From: Octopus sinensis
Lineage: Eukaryota
Reading direction: 5' to 3'
DNA: 64,000 bases
Assembly (NCBI RefSeq): GCF_006345805.1
Contig: NC_042999.1
Coordinates: forward strand, 143,840,001-143,904,000
The translations under genes were made by a program, and so were the position numbers. Below the pieces are notes generated by a model. That model made no database searches and was not told where the DNA came from. It worked only from the letters and a program-made list of their open reading frames with translations. This document shows positions 49,948 to 62,970 of this stretch, piece after piece (position 1 is the stretch's first letter; every line of letters starts with the position of its first letter).

Positions 49948-50599
49948 GTAAGAAAATCGTTTAATTACACTATTGTTTTATGAATTTTCAACCAATTTTC
50001 CTTTTTATTTTCTAACAAAAATAATTATCTGAAAACATCTCATGAAAAAATTCTTTATAGCAATTTCGGTACTGTAGCAGAAGAAAAGAGATTTTTAAAA
50101 ATGGAATATCATTTATTGAATATATAGACTTTCGTGGGGAAAGGATATACTGAATGCCATACGTAAAAAAAATAATAATAATAAAATAAAGTAGAACATT
50201 TTTTTTTTTTTTTAATTGAATGAAATTTCTTTTTTTAGTCGGAGAAATAAAACAGATGTCAAGCAACAATTGTAATATATCAACAATTCTTGTGCGTTGA
50301 TACATTATCCAATATTGGTTACACAGGTGAAACGACTTGAACTAAGAGTTCAAAATATGTGACTTTTAGAAACAAAATCTGAACTATATTGTTGTCAACT
50401 AATAAAAAAAAATGCAATAATTATAATAATCACAGCCATGATAATGGATTTTTACTTTGACACATTTTACGGGGGATGGAATAGTCGATCGATTAATACT
50501 CGATGTTAAAATGCTAAAAGTTTAAGTCAAGGGCGATGCGATCAAATAAGTACTATCAGTCAAGTAAATATAACAATGATTTATAACATTAACATACGA

Positions 50600-53250
50600 T
50601 CGTAACTTTTAGTTGCACCTCTTCTACTCGGGCATATCGAACAGCCTTCGTTCCTTCGTGTCTCAGGGCACGCACCTTAGTTCTGACAGCAGAACCTTCA
50701 TGCTTCCTGTTGAAGAATTAGTTGGGGGTCAATCTCGCCGCAAATACGTCGGTTGTGCTGCCTTTCCAAAACACCTGTTTTAAATTTCTTACCAGATCTC
50801 TCTGTAATCTAGTTTTCTTTATCGCTAGTCCCTTACTAAACAATATCAATTCTGTTCTAATTGCTCTTTTGTAGACGAAGCATTGTTTGTTGTTGGCCAT
50901 TTCTCTTAACATCTGCTTAACTATTTTAATACTCTAGTCCCTATAAGCTTTTCGCGCCAGTAATGACGTTTCCAGATTCCAGTAACTATGTCTTTGCCTA
51001 TCAAACTTATCTCGGTTGTAGTCTGTTTATCTGATGATTATAATTTGCGATCAACCTATACATATCTACTGGCCTACAGAATACCCTATCTAGATACCTT
51101 TTGGATGATCGAACACATTTTGTCCAAGCCACATTGGCACAGTCATAAAATTCAGTCTGTAACTGTCAAACAAATTGAAACATCTGAGTAGATTTATGAG
51201 ACTTTTGCAATCCCTTCTCTTATAAGCTAACCATCTCTAAGTTCCATCTAGCATCTAAAATGCTGTTCCGATGAACCACTAGTACTAAATAGAGAGACCT
51301 TCTCAAGACACCTAAGACTACTAACCTGCTTCTAAGGTGAACCTAGATCATATTCATAATATTCTGAGTAAGACAATGGATCAAAGACGAAAATAAGAGG
51401 GACCACTTATCTTATTCATGTGAAAAACTGACGATCCGCCCTTCTAGCTAATTTTGGATGTTTCTACTTTTAAAGTTTTGTAAATTCTTTTTTTTTTAAG
51501 TCCCGCTGAAAACTTCTCGATGGGGGGTTTGTTTTTAGTTTGCTATAATTTTCTAATGTTGCTTTTAGGATCTGTTTAGTCCTCGCTGTGTTATTTGCTG
51601 GCGTGATTAAATGAAGGCTTGTTCAAAGTACTGCTACAGCTGCCTCCTTCAATCTGGAATTTAAAAGAATTGCCGGTCAGCTTATTAGATACACTGTAAT
51701 GATATATTAAAATTAATATATCATCTAGGAGTTATAAATGCCACTCCTATAAATATCTCAAACCTCCTGGAATGCACCACGTAGTTCGAAGCGAGGATTT
51801 ATATGTGTTGGAGTGGGAGTTGTTTTGTTATGCTGTTCTTTTTATGCTAAGTTAGGTCTTTCTGTTGTCGCTTTTGTCGGTGATGCAGTAGCTCTTGAGG
51901 TTGTATTACTTTTGTTATTTTTAATACTGTTGCTTCAATTTTGATTTTGTTCTTTCAGTTGTTATTGTTCCTGCTTCTGTAGTTGCTGCTGCTATCTCTG
52001 CTTCTGTTCCGACTGTTACTGTGGCTTATGAGACTGCTGACTTAAAGTTTGCAATTGTCATTGTTGCTGTTGCTTATGTTATGCTTGTATGATGTTATTG
52101 TCCATGTTGCTGTTTTTGCTGTTACTGTTGTAGCACTGATTCCGACAACAACGGAGATCTTTCTCCTCTCTTTTTCTGTGGACAGAAATCCTTTAGATAG
52201 TTTGAGCTTCTGCATAAGTGACAACTTTGTTTTCTGTCCTCAACCGCAAAGAACAATTGCAAACCTCCAAACAAATTGATCAGTCCGAGATGCAATCCAT
52301 ACTCCTGTGATCTTTTTGGGTCAATAGTTCCAACATTCTGCCAGGCCAATATTGTTTTCTTTTCCAGCCTCTGGGCTTCTAATATGATCGTTGATATCGA
52401 GCAAAACTGCCACTACTGGCCAGCAGCTGTTTATTTCTAGTGGCACATCGACCGCCGAGATTTCTACTCTTCGCCCGAGATAGATCGATATTAGGACCAG
52501 TTTGTCACTTTTTAAAGGCGTTGTAGAGTACATCTAGGCCTCTTCCTTTGTTGGAAATTTCACCTTTTCCAGGTGGAAGCTTTTTTCTTCAAGCGATTTA
52601 CTTTTGAGAGCTCCGGGTAGTTTTAAAACACTTTTCAATTTGATTTTGTGTCGTTTTACTCCACTTTTGTGGATCTCACTCCTACACATCTATGTATAGT
52701 ACTTGACTTTGCGCATTTCACAAAGTTAAGTCCCGGAAGTTAGCGCTTTATCTTTCGATGACCCGGTGTGCTTTCTCCTTGTTCACACTAGGGTTTTTGG
52801 AAATTCCTTTCGGTCGCTGACACATAGTTGGAACTAATCAGGCTTGCCAAATTTTACACACTTTGTCTCATCGATTAAATTCCCACAAACCAGATGAGCG
52901 TCAAAAAGGCGCTTCTAAACGCATGAAGAAATCCGGCTACCTTGTGCCACTATTTTGAGGTTGCTCTCATCAGATCCAAACCATTCCTACACAACTCTGC
53001 CAAATCTAGGCCGAGAGATGCATATACCTCGTAGTAGTTCAGCATAGATATTCTGGTCTTGCAGATTGCTAGCACAAGTCTATTAAGCGACCTGAGAGGT
53101 TAAGCAAGCTACCTTGCTTCCAAATCGATACAAGACTATGCATATTAATATATCTCATTCAATATTTTGCCGAGTTGGGTGGTAAAAATGGAAAGGTAAG
53201 GGAGAATATTTTAGACTTCTAGAAAGATGGATGATCCTGTCTTCTCGTCG
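50600..53250 (-). mobile_element. Decayed L1/Tx1-clade LINE (ORF1 and the endonuclease part of ORF2)
   Basis: ORF1 VEDRKQSCHLCRSSNYLKDFCP knuckle; ORF2 remnants RYLDRVFCR, DRQRHSYWNLETSLLA, GSAVRTKVRALRHEG. Confidence 0.7.
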
Positions 53251-53799
53251 ATGCCGGCTCCTTGGCTGACTCCTGCGAAAGTCTCGTCTTTTGCTACTGT
53301 TGTTGATACTGTGGTGTTCAATTGCAGTGTTGCTGCCATTAATATCTTTCTATGTTCGTCCTCAGCATTTTTATTGACATTGTTTTTATTGCCATAGTTG
53401 GTGGTGTTGATACTAACTGTTATGCTATTACTGCTTAATGGTTATTGCTGATATTCCACCGGCTTCTGCTGCTTAGGCTTTCGTAATTTCCAGTACCCTA
53501 AAAAATGAGAATTTGTCTGAAGTTACTTTTAACCTCGTCACTGCCTTCTTTCAGGCTGGCTTTCAAAGCTGCCACCTTCATTAATATTGTGAAAACGATT
53601 CTTCAAAGAAAACATTTTAAATGTAAGTATTAAAAAATTGATGAGTTCTTGGCCAGATAGGAAAGTGCGTATATTCTAACCTTTCAGACGGGTCCACTGC
53701 ACGGCCTCTTAAACCACAGTCACTCTGCAGAGAAAGCTCTGCCTTCTTCCCTTTCTAAAGGAAGGTACTACGTCGATCTTCATTATACACTCAGTAGAC

Positions 53800-54570
53800 A
53801 ACAAAATTCGACCTTACATGAGACAGCAGCTGATCTACACAATCCCATAACTCTCTCATGCACAGACACTGAACGATTGCAAGCATCTCGAGCAGATTCG
53901 GCTGTGAGAACTTCCATATCATTCGATCGCTGAGGAATAATGATGGATACAAGTACTTAGGAGTACTGCAAGACGATAGGATAATGAAAAGAGAAATAAG
54001 AGAGAAGCTATTAAGAGCACACAAGAAAAATTAGGAAGGTGCTCAGAACAAAATTAAATAGCGGGAACATCATTAAAATCATAAATACATGGGTAATGCT
54101 AGTATTCAGATACCCTGCTCTTTTACTGAAGTAGACAAAGATCAAGCTGCAGAAATTAGATAGAGGACCAGAAAGCTGCTAACAATGCATAATGTACTCT
54201 ATCCTAGAAGTAATACCGACCACGTCTCTACCCAGAAGAGAAGGTGGTAGAGGATTACTAAACGATACTGGGACTGCAATACTGAGGCTGAAAAATTATA
54301 TTGTACAGAATAGAGAAAGAATACTTTCGGCAGCCAGAAATACCCTAAAAGTGACTGTAACAGTAGGAGAATTCAAAAAGAAAACAAACAACAAAATGAA
54401 CAAATAAAAAGAAAAGGAAACGCACAGCCAATTCATACAACGAACCGAAAATGTTGCAAGTGAAGCCTGCCGGCTTTCATTGACGGACGGGAACTTGAAG
54501 CGAGAGAGAAACGTTAATTATAGCCGCTCGAGAACAAGACCTTAGAACAAAACTCAGTCAGACAGTAAAT
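53800..54570 (+). mobile_element. R4/Dong RT-end fragment
   Basis: YKYLGVLQDD...KLNSGNIIKIINTW...RTRKLLTMHN...LPRREGGRGLL...IIAAREQDL. Confidence 0.8.
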
Positions 54571-54599
54571 TTAGAATCTGCATGTATTTTATCTTGAAT

Positions 54600-55070
54600 A
54601 TTGGTGACAAGTCTCTGCAAATTTTAAGAAATTTTGATAGGATTCTTGCAGAATACAGGATAGCACTTTTCTAAAGACAGACAATGCGAGTTTCAATTCC
54701 AACTTCTTTCAGTCTTTTAGGTAGCATGTTGGGTGTTGTGCCAAATGCACCTACTACTTCAGAAATAATTGTTGTCTTGGTCTTCCACAGCCTTCTCAGC
54801 TCTCTGGTTAGATCTTGGTATTTCTTAATTTTTTTCAACTTCTTTGGTATCAACTCTGCTAAATTAGGAAATTACAAAATCTATCATCTTACACTTTATT
54901 TTTTCGTCTATAATCATGTCGGGTCGTCTTGCTTCAATAGTATGGTTAGTCTTTATGGGGAAATCCCACAAGATCTTGTAAATCTCATCTTCTATCATAG
55001 CCTGTGTTTCATATTCATACCACTTTTCTAATGTTTAGAAACGACATACGCTGCGAGGTATAGCACTTAC
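54600..55070 (-). mobile_element. R4/Dong RLE 3' fragment
   Basis: EKWYEY...ILWDFPIKTNHTIEARRPDM...KKYQDLTRELRRLWK...VVGAFG...KSAILYSARIL. Confidence 0.82.
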
Positions 55071-55374
55071 CGTGAGAGAGACCTTTACTCGAGGAATGGG
55101 TCCTATGAACGCAATTGTAATGGTTTTTATGTGACATTACCTTAATACAGGGGCTATATTAGTGAAGTGTTATAACTGCCAGTGTTTTTATCGGGGGTTG
55201 TCAGCTAATACTCGACGGAACCGCCTCTCTCGGTGATAGATTTATTGCCACGAAGACATTCTTTGCTGTTTTTGTTCTCGGTATATTCATCATCATCATC
55301 ATCATTATTATTATTATTATTATTATTATATTATTATTATTATTATCATCATCATTATTATTATTATTATCTCT

Positions 55375-55870
55375 TTATCACAGGTTTTGTTGCAGCTCCT
55401 AGTGTCTTGCATACGTAACGGGTTTACTTCCTGCAGCTTACGGTACCATGATATCCTCTCTTTTCAGTTATCTAATACTTTCCTGATTATTCTGGCCGTG
55501 CCAAGGAGGCAAACATTTTGTAACAGTTCTACTGAGCACTCTATTCTAATTTCATTTATATTCTTCTTGATCCCTTCTAATACTCTTCCACAGGAAACAA
55601 CAATAATTGGCACTATCTTCACCTACTTCACTTTCCATACCCAGGCTATTTCGTACTTAAGATGGTTGCATCTCTCTATCTTTTTCGCTCTCCTTCTTGA
55701 CTATTCGTGGGTCAAAGGGGCTTGAAACATCAACTATATAGCATATGCGGTGCACCTTGTCCACAACCACTAGGTCCGGTCTGTTATGCTCTAGCATCTG
55801 ATCTGTTTCGATTAGAGCTCTGTATTCCCTTTCAACATTCAATTCGCAGTTCAATGATATCATTTGAGTA
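55375..55870 (-). mobile_element. R4/Dong RLE 3' fragment
   Basis: IETDQMLEHNRPDLVVVDK...IVDVSSPFD...LQNVCLLGTARIIRKVL, followed by (TAA)/(TGA)n. Confidence 0.82.
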
Positions 55871-56906
55871 TTCTTTTAGTAAAAATTGCTATAAATGACT
55901 ACAGCCATCCTATTGATACATTCTTCTTTCAAAATTACAAGAGATACATGTCAATTTCTTTCACTTACAAAGATTGTTACAGACATCAGAATTTATCATT
56001 TTGTACCTTCCTGCTTGAACGTGCTTATGATATTACATTACAAAAATAGATTATACAACTATTACAAATAAGTGTTTTGTGTTAAACTCCTGAGCTACTT
56101 AACACATTTAATCAATGTGAAATCCAGGTATATTTAGTAGTTCAATTTCCCCTTAATTTGCCAAATTTTGTTCTTCACTCAGGTATCAGAATATCAAAAT
56201 ATCTACCCAAGTCTTCAAGTTAGGCTAATTTAGAGGTCAAAAAGAATTCCTGTCAAGATTTTAGTTAAGAAAACATGTGCCCATACGCTTACACATATCC
56301 CCTTTACTGAAGAATGCAAAATTCGACTACAAAAGTCTGAAAACGGCCTTGTGAGGTGAGAAATTCGAGGGCCGAGTAATGCATGGTAGTATCCTTTGCA
56401 TACTGGATAATAGACTTACTAGAATTTCGCTGTTAGATGAAGGTCTCCCAGTTTGGACTTATGAATGTGATTCTCTAGGTGTTTTGGGCTCTGATGAAGT
56501 TCCATGTTCCAGATCGGATTTGTTACAAAATATGACGAATATTATTCGCAGAATTTTCTTTGGCAACACTACAGAACATTGGAAGCAGAAATGGCTGTTA
56601 AATGGGATAAAGTTTTGTATTAAAATATAATAATTGTTGATCAAGAGTTCTCTATTTTCTGCTTGATATAAATTTGATTCCTGATAAACCTTTGCTTATC
56701 TTTGTTATAGCCTAGATAAAATCTGGGCTACATATGTTTCATAGCGAGCAGAATCTCGGAAGAAGTAATTATCCAAGCTAGGTGTATAGCGCAGGCTACT
56801 CTTCAGGTCAATTATATTATATGAATTTTATATTAATTCTACATTGCTGTTAGAAGGTCCATGTTAATACCCGGAGGGCACAGTTTGAATGGGGAATATA
56901 ACTGTG

Positions 56907-56979
<73 letters not shown>

Positions 56980-57031
56980 GGATGGATGGATGATGGATGG
57001 ATGGATGGATGGATGGATGGATGGATGGATG

Positions 57032-57093
<62 letters not shown>

Positions 57094-57412
57094 CAGATAG
57101 ATGTTTGTATAACTGAGGAAGATTTTGCGCTAGAGATAAAATTTCCGTTTTATCTATTGCGCAGTTATCTAAAACATGCGTATAGAGACAGTCATCATTA
57201 CTTGGTTTTATATATTTCATAAATCTATAACAATACAAACTAGCGAGTCCCAATGCAAATCACACTAATACCATAACTAGGATTTGGAGTGGCTTGTTCA
57301 TTCGACGCGAGTCGGAAATTCTGGTAATGTGCATCGCTTCTAAGCATAACGCGAAATCTGTATGTATGTATGTATGTATGTATGTATGTATGTATGTATG
57401 TATGTATGTATG

Positions 57413-57451
<39 letters not shown>

Positions 57452-57758
57452 TTAGCTTTATATGTGTGTTTGTGTGTGTTTATGCATGTGCTCGTGTGTG
57501 CACCAAACCACACGTGTGCGTATGCTTTCAATCGCCATGCAGTTTGCACGAGGACGTTTATACATCTTTTTCTGTTGACTATTATTTTTAATACTTTTCT
57601 CGCTGCATTGCGTGTACGTTTCTTTTTTGTATCTGTGATTTAATTTGATTTTTAGTCTTCTATTTATATAAAAATATAACCTTCGTTTTGCTACTTTTCT
57701 TTCTACGAAATGAGAAGATACATAGCGGAACTGTTATCTTCACAAGTTAATTCTATTT

Positions 57759-57864
57759 ATCACCTGACGAGACACATCTGCACCGACGGATGCTTCCGAA
57801 TCAGTTGTTAAGTGTCTCACCCGTATGGGATCGATGCTAGATGGGTCGAAACAAATGTCGTGAT
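57759..57864 (+). ncRNA. Type I hammerhead ribozyme motif with long stem II
   Basis: ATCAC-CTGACGA-GACACATCTGCACCGA...TCGATGCTAGATGGGTC-GAAA-CAAATG-TC/GTGAT. 5-bp stem I, about 14-bp imperfect stem II, minimal stem III, GUC site after 57859. Confidence 0.85.
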
Positions 57865-58003
57865 TAATAAAAACTCTCGTAAAATCCATCTTCCACCTTT
57901 CATTTACCGTATATATATATATATATATATATATATGAATACACACACACACGTGTGTGTGTCTATGTGTAGCTATGTATGCATGTATGCATGTATGCAT
58001 GCA

Positions 58004-58044
<41 letters not shown>

Positions 58045-58587
58045 TATATATACATGTGTGTGTTTGTGTGTAAAGACATATATAAGTTTCGTAAGAGTGT
58101 GAAGTGCTGTCTTTGTGGAATCCTGGCAGAAAATATCACCTACATAGCAATGGCACGCAAAACGCTGACTCAGAATGAGGATAAGAGAAAGAAGTATTGT
58201 ACTTTCTCAGATCATTTGTAAGAAATTATGGGTAAGTGAAGTTCTAAAGTATCTTACGATTGTTTCTATCATCAAGGACATTTTCTGGAACATACTGAAG
58301 AAATGTAACGAAATTATAATAATGATGACAATCAATTTCTCTCCTTCTTTCAAGAAATCGAAATGTATATTCATTATCAATTAATGCTATTTACCTGTGT
58401 GCTGCAAATTATTCCCCAGCATGGCCACAGCCTCTGCTGAAACCAATAAAGCAATAAAATAATATATAAAAATTGACCTCCTTTGTAGAAAACGCCTCGA
58501 CCATTTTCGTATCGGCATTTTTTTTTTCAGTTCATTTAATGAAAATTAATGGATGTAATAATAAACAAGAAACAGAAACAACAACAA

Positions 58588-58630
<43 letters not shown>

Positions 58631-59733
58631 GTTATCATTGTTGTCGTCGTCTTCAACAACAGGAAAAAAACCAACAAACTATCCAAAAGGCCAACAACAA
58701 TAACGAAAATAAATACGAAAACATACCATATAGGCAATATTTCATTTCCTCGAATAGTAAGCAATTACAAACCACTCAAAAAAGAAAATAGCGAACCATC
58801 CCCATTAAATGCAATTAAATTTTGTTTTAAATTAAAGAATAATTGAATTATTCATGTTTCATTATTGTAATTAGAATCGAAGGCACCACTTTTAAGATTA
58901 ATAATTCTCTGACTGTTCTAAACCCCACTACCACCACCACCATCCGAGAAAAACTTAAGAAAGAGAGGATGGAAGCTGAAAATCAAAAACTAACATCAAA
59001 TAAAAACACTTCGAAACAAATGTAAAAGAGGAAGAAAAAATATGGGATGTATGGAGATATCCTTTATAAAACCAGTAATGGCTAATCTTTTGTTTTCAGT
59101 TGAAATTATTGTTTTTGATAAAGCTACCATTTGTGTTGATATTGTTATTTTTGGATACTGTTGTTTTTGATTGCTTAGTAGATGCTGCTACTGGCGTTGC
59201 TGCTGTTGTTGTAGCTGCCACTGCTGCTGCTACGCAGTGTTTCTTCTGCCAAGTCTTAGTAGACTGGTGCTTAAGCAACCGTAGTCTGCCAACAGTTCCT
59301 GTTCAGCTATGTTTCTCTTTCAATTAGCTTTAAGGAAATTCAAGCAAGCTATCTAGCTAGAAGGTCGTCCACCATATTTACTTAGAACTTAGGAAAGCCG
59401 AGTAAAATAACGGGATCTTAGAAGATTAAGTAGAGAAGATGCTTTTGGTAAAAAAAAAATTTTTTTAAATAGAATCATTTATATACCCAGTAAGAAATAT
59501 ATATATATATATATACACCAGTCGCATATGAATAGATGTAACATAGATATATCCATATACTTACACGTACATATATATACACAGGTACACACACACAGGC
59601 TTACAAACATACAAAATACTCATAGATACTCTAATGTATAGCTACTTTTATATGCATGGGTTTATTTTATGTGGATGTATATATGCATGTATGTAGTGAT
59701 GACTCATATACAGATTAAATACACTTTGTAAAG

Positions 59734-59935
59734 TACGAAGGAGTACCAAAAAGGAACCGGAATTTTGCAATATCATTTTATTCATTTAGTTTTACATTTT
59801 TACACTTTTATCGCCTTCAAAGTATTCTCCATTTGAAGCAATACGTCGGTCAAAGCGCTTTTTCGACTGTTCGAAGCAATCCTGGAACTCTTGCGAAGTG
59901 ATGCGTTTTAACGACTCCGTGGTTTTTATTCTTTG
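59734..59935 (-). mobile_element. Mariner 3' end fragment
   Basis: LKRITSQEFQDCFEQSKKRFDRRIASNGEYFEGD, followed by a TACGAAGG-type terminus. Confidence 0.75.
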
Positions 59936-60248
59936 AAATATTCCTCTACAGAAATGCTTGCTTTCTAGCAAACATACAAATCTCCATCATTGGAATTCAG
60001 ACAACACTATCTGTAAAGAGTTATTTATGCATATATGTGTGTATGTATATGCGTGCGTGCTTGTTCTTGCGAGTGCATATTTGTATTCACACACTCTTTT
60101 GCATTTGTGTGTACATTATGAACGAATTTTTCGCTTGTACATCAGCTAATGTACGTATTGGCATGCAAGTATGTCATTGCAAACATGGTTATGTATGTTT
60201 AACTTATTCAAATGAGCGCGTGCATGTGCGCGCGCGCGTGCGCGTGTG

Positions 60249-60324
<76 letters not shown>

Positions 60325-60497
60325 CGTGTGTTCATATAGTAATATTTTTTACCACTGCAACGTGGCTGTTCTATGCCAAACTATGTTACTACATTTTAAG
60401 CCCAGGAAAACATTTTTCCAGCTGGTTAACGACACACAACTTGCATCTAATATATTGTGTGTAAGGGAGCGAATCACTCCCCTCCAGCTTGGCAAGA

Positions 60498-60541
60498 CCA
60501 GTAGACCAGGTTTCGGGTTCTTTACTCATCATCGGTACTGG
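60498..60541 (-). ncRNA. Minimal hammerhead motif, slightly degenerate
   Basis: CCAGTA-CCGATGA-T-GAGT-AAAGA-ACCC-GAAA-CCTGG-TC/TACTGG. 6-bp stem I, U4-to-C core change, one stem II mismatch. Confidence 0.65.
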
Positions 60542-60608
60542 ATACCTGGCTGCTAGAGATTGCTCCCACACCACACACACACACTCTCTCTCTCTCTCTC
60601 TCTCTCTC

Positions 60609-60669
<61 letters not shown>

Positions 60670-60909
60670 AGTTAATCCAAACATGAAAACACAAAGAGAA
60701 AACACAACGCGAGGACGTGGAACAAGTATAGTGTTATTTGATGCTCAGGAAAGGAAAGAAGGAAGGAGGATTTAACGTTTTGAGTGGAGCTCTTCGGTAG
60801 AAAAATAGGAAAAGGAAATATCTAAGGAAGGGAAGACGGAGGGAAAAAAATCGGCAACGATACACACGCGGTCACATATTGAATGACCGGAAGGTCATTC
60901 AATATATAT

Positions 60910-60949
<40 letters not shown>

Positions 60950-60957
60950 TATATATA

Positions 60958-61833
60958 TGAGGGTAATCTCAAAAGTAAGGTATCCAAAGCGCTGGGTACG
61001 TAGGGAAACTAAGTGCGGCTTTGTTGTGCATGCGCCTGCGCCTGTGCCTGCCCCTGCACACGCCTCGCTGCCACGCTCAATCTTGGCTTGGCAATCGTAT
61101 CTGATGGAGCTTCCAATTGTCGCTTCCGCCAAGTGTGAAATGCGCGCAGTTATTCCATTTTTTAACGCAAAAAGCATTAAACTGATTGAAATTCATCGCC
61201 AATTAACAGAAGCATATGGCGAGTCGTGCTTATGTCAAAAGCCTCCGCAAGTTGTGTAGGGAGTTTGCATCTGGTCGTATTGAAATTAATGACGAAGAAA
61301 GAAGAGGGCGACTATCAATTTCCGACGAGACAGTTGAGAAGGTTAAGCAAATCCTGCGTGCAAATCAGCGGATCACTCTGGAAGAACTCTGCATTTTGGT
61401 TACTGAGGTTTCCAGAAGCACTATTCATAGGGCTTTGAGTGTAAAGTTGCAATATTGGAAAGTGTGCGCAAGATAGGCCCCACGAATGCTCACAGAAGAC
61501 CATAAACGGCAACTCATCGAATAGTCCGGACTTGGCACCCAGTGACTACTACCTGCTCCCTAAGTTGTAAGAGCATTTGGCCGGAACGCACTTTAGCAAC
61601 GACGACGAGGTGAAAGATGAGGTTCAACGCCTCCCCAAGGACATGGCTGTGAGCTGGTATGACATGAGCATACAAAAACTGCCCCAGCGCCTACAAAAAT
61701 GCATCGACCGAAATGGCGAGTATGTAGAAAAATAGAAAAATGTTCAAACTTTAAAATGATGTAAACATCATTGACAAACGTTTCTGTGTGATTTCTAAAT
61801 ATTTTTGGAGACCTTACTTTTGAGATTACCCTC

Positions 61834-61834
<1 letters not shown>
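60958..61834 (+). mobile_element. Internally deleted mariner transposon
   Basis: 28-bp TIRs (TGAGGGTAATCTCAAAAGTAAGGTATCC / GGAGACCTTACTTTTGAGATTACCCTCG) within (TA)n. N-terminus MELPIVASAKCEMRAV...KVCAR*APRMLT is joined directly to SPDLAPSDYYL...KCIDRNGEYVEK. Confidence 0.92.
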
Positions 61835-61910
<76 letters not shown>

Positions 61911-62769
61911 CATGTGTTTAAGTAGACATACTATACGCATTTTTTTCTTTGGTATATGCAGTGATTCGAATACTCTCAATCTACTTCATTTTTATGCAGA
62001 TAACATTAGTAGGATCAACTTATTGAATGGTCTAGAGTACCGAAATATTTATGATTCTTAAGAAAACTAAAAGAAGTGCCAGTTTTCCAGTACTCATCCT
62101 TTAAAAATGAGTTTGCAGAATGGCTAGTACTAACCAAAAACCTAACTGTTTATCTGCGACAAAATTGAACTCACGATCAGTATAATGCAAACCCTCTGAA
62201 AGTTCCATTCAGTCACATTATTCTACTTTTTGTTTGTGAATCTACTCACGCACGTAACAATATGTTCCATTCAAATACATACATTTACTATGATATAGCC
62301 ACATTATTTAATCCCATTATAAAGGTATTTTTAAACTACTGCATTGTTCCTTATCTATTAAGCAATTCTGTTAGAATGACACGGTAAGTTTTGGGCGATT
62401 CTATGCAAGACCTAGTTTCAGTTCCTGGTTTCTTCACTCTCCTTACGCTTCGAATACAATATCTATTTCATATAAACTTCACAATATTTCACTTTTTCAA
62501 CATCTTATATCGAACAGTGGCATCAAGTCAAATAACACAAATAAGTACAAGGCCACAAATTTTGGAGGCGGATATAGTCAATTAGGTTAACGTGAATTTT
62601 TCACATGTATTTAATCGATTTCAGAAGGTGGAAAGGTAAATTCGACTTGATTGAGATTTGGACTCTAAAAGTAAATATGACATGAATAAAAACAGCAAGT
62701 CATTTTCTCCGACGCTCTACTGGTTTTTATATCCACTGCCTTTCTCACAATTGTGATCGTTTCAGAATT

Positions 62770-62970
62770 TGGCATAAGGTCAACAATCTTTTAGAGGGAA
62801 GCAGGTTAGTCGATTACATTCATACCAGTGTTCAACTGGTACTTATTTCATCGAATCCGAAGGGAAACAGGCTTCGGCAGAATTTGAACTCAGAACCTAA
62901 TGATATCGGAAGATAAGCCACTAAGCATTTTCTTTGATGCGCTAACGATTCTGCCATCTCACCGCCTAAA
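62770..62970 (-). mobile_element. tRNA-derived SINE
   Basis: Same family as 40072-40282; a second decayed copy follows at about 62980-63130. Confidence 0.75.

Noticed and set aside
51255-51300. ...CSDEP... as a possible aminopeptidase exon 2 (FPCFDEP)
   Set aside because: No TQ...ARxAFPC context, and it lies in antisense L1/Tx1 sequence. No exon 2 was found in the window.
52945-52975. CTGATGA-GAG-CAAC-CTC-AAAA on the minus strand
   Set aside because: G12 is missing, no stem I, and it lies within L1/Tx1 ORF1 sequence.
56379-56644. Overlapping short ORFs in moderately complex sequence
   Set aside because: No recognisable domain in any frame and no M1 peptidase motifs.
58211-58231. 21-nt stretch between TTTCTCAG and GTAAGT (possible micro-exon)
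   Set aside because: Would encode RSFVRNYG, which does not fit the conserved M1 sequence. Such site pairs arise by chance in long introns; RNA-seq would be needed.
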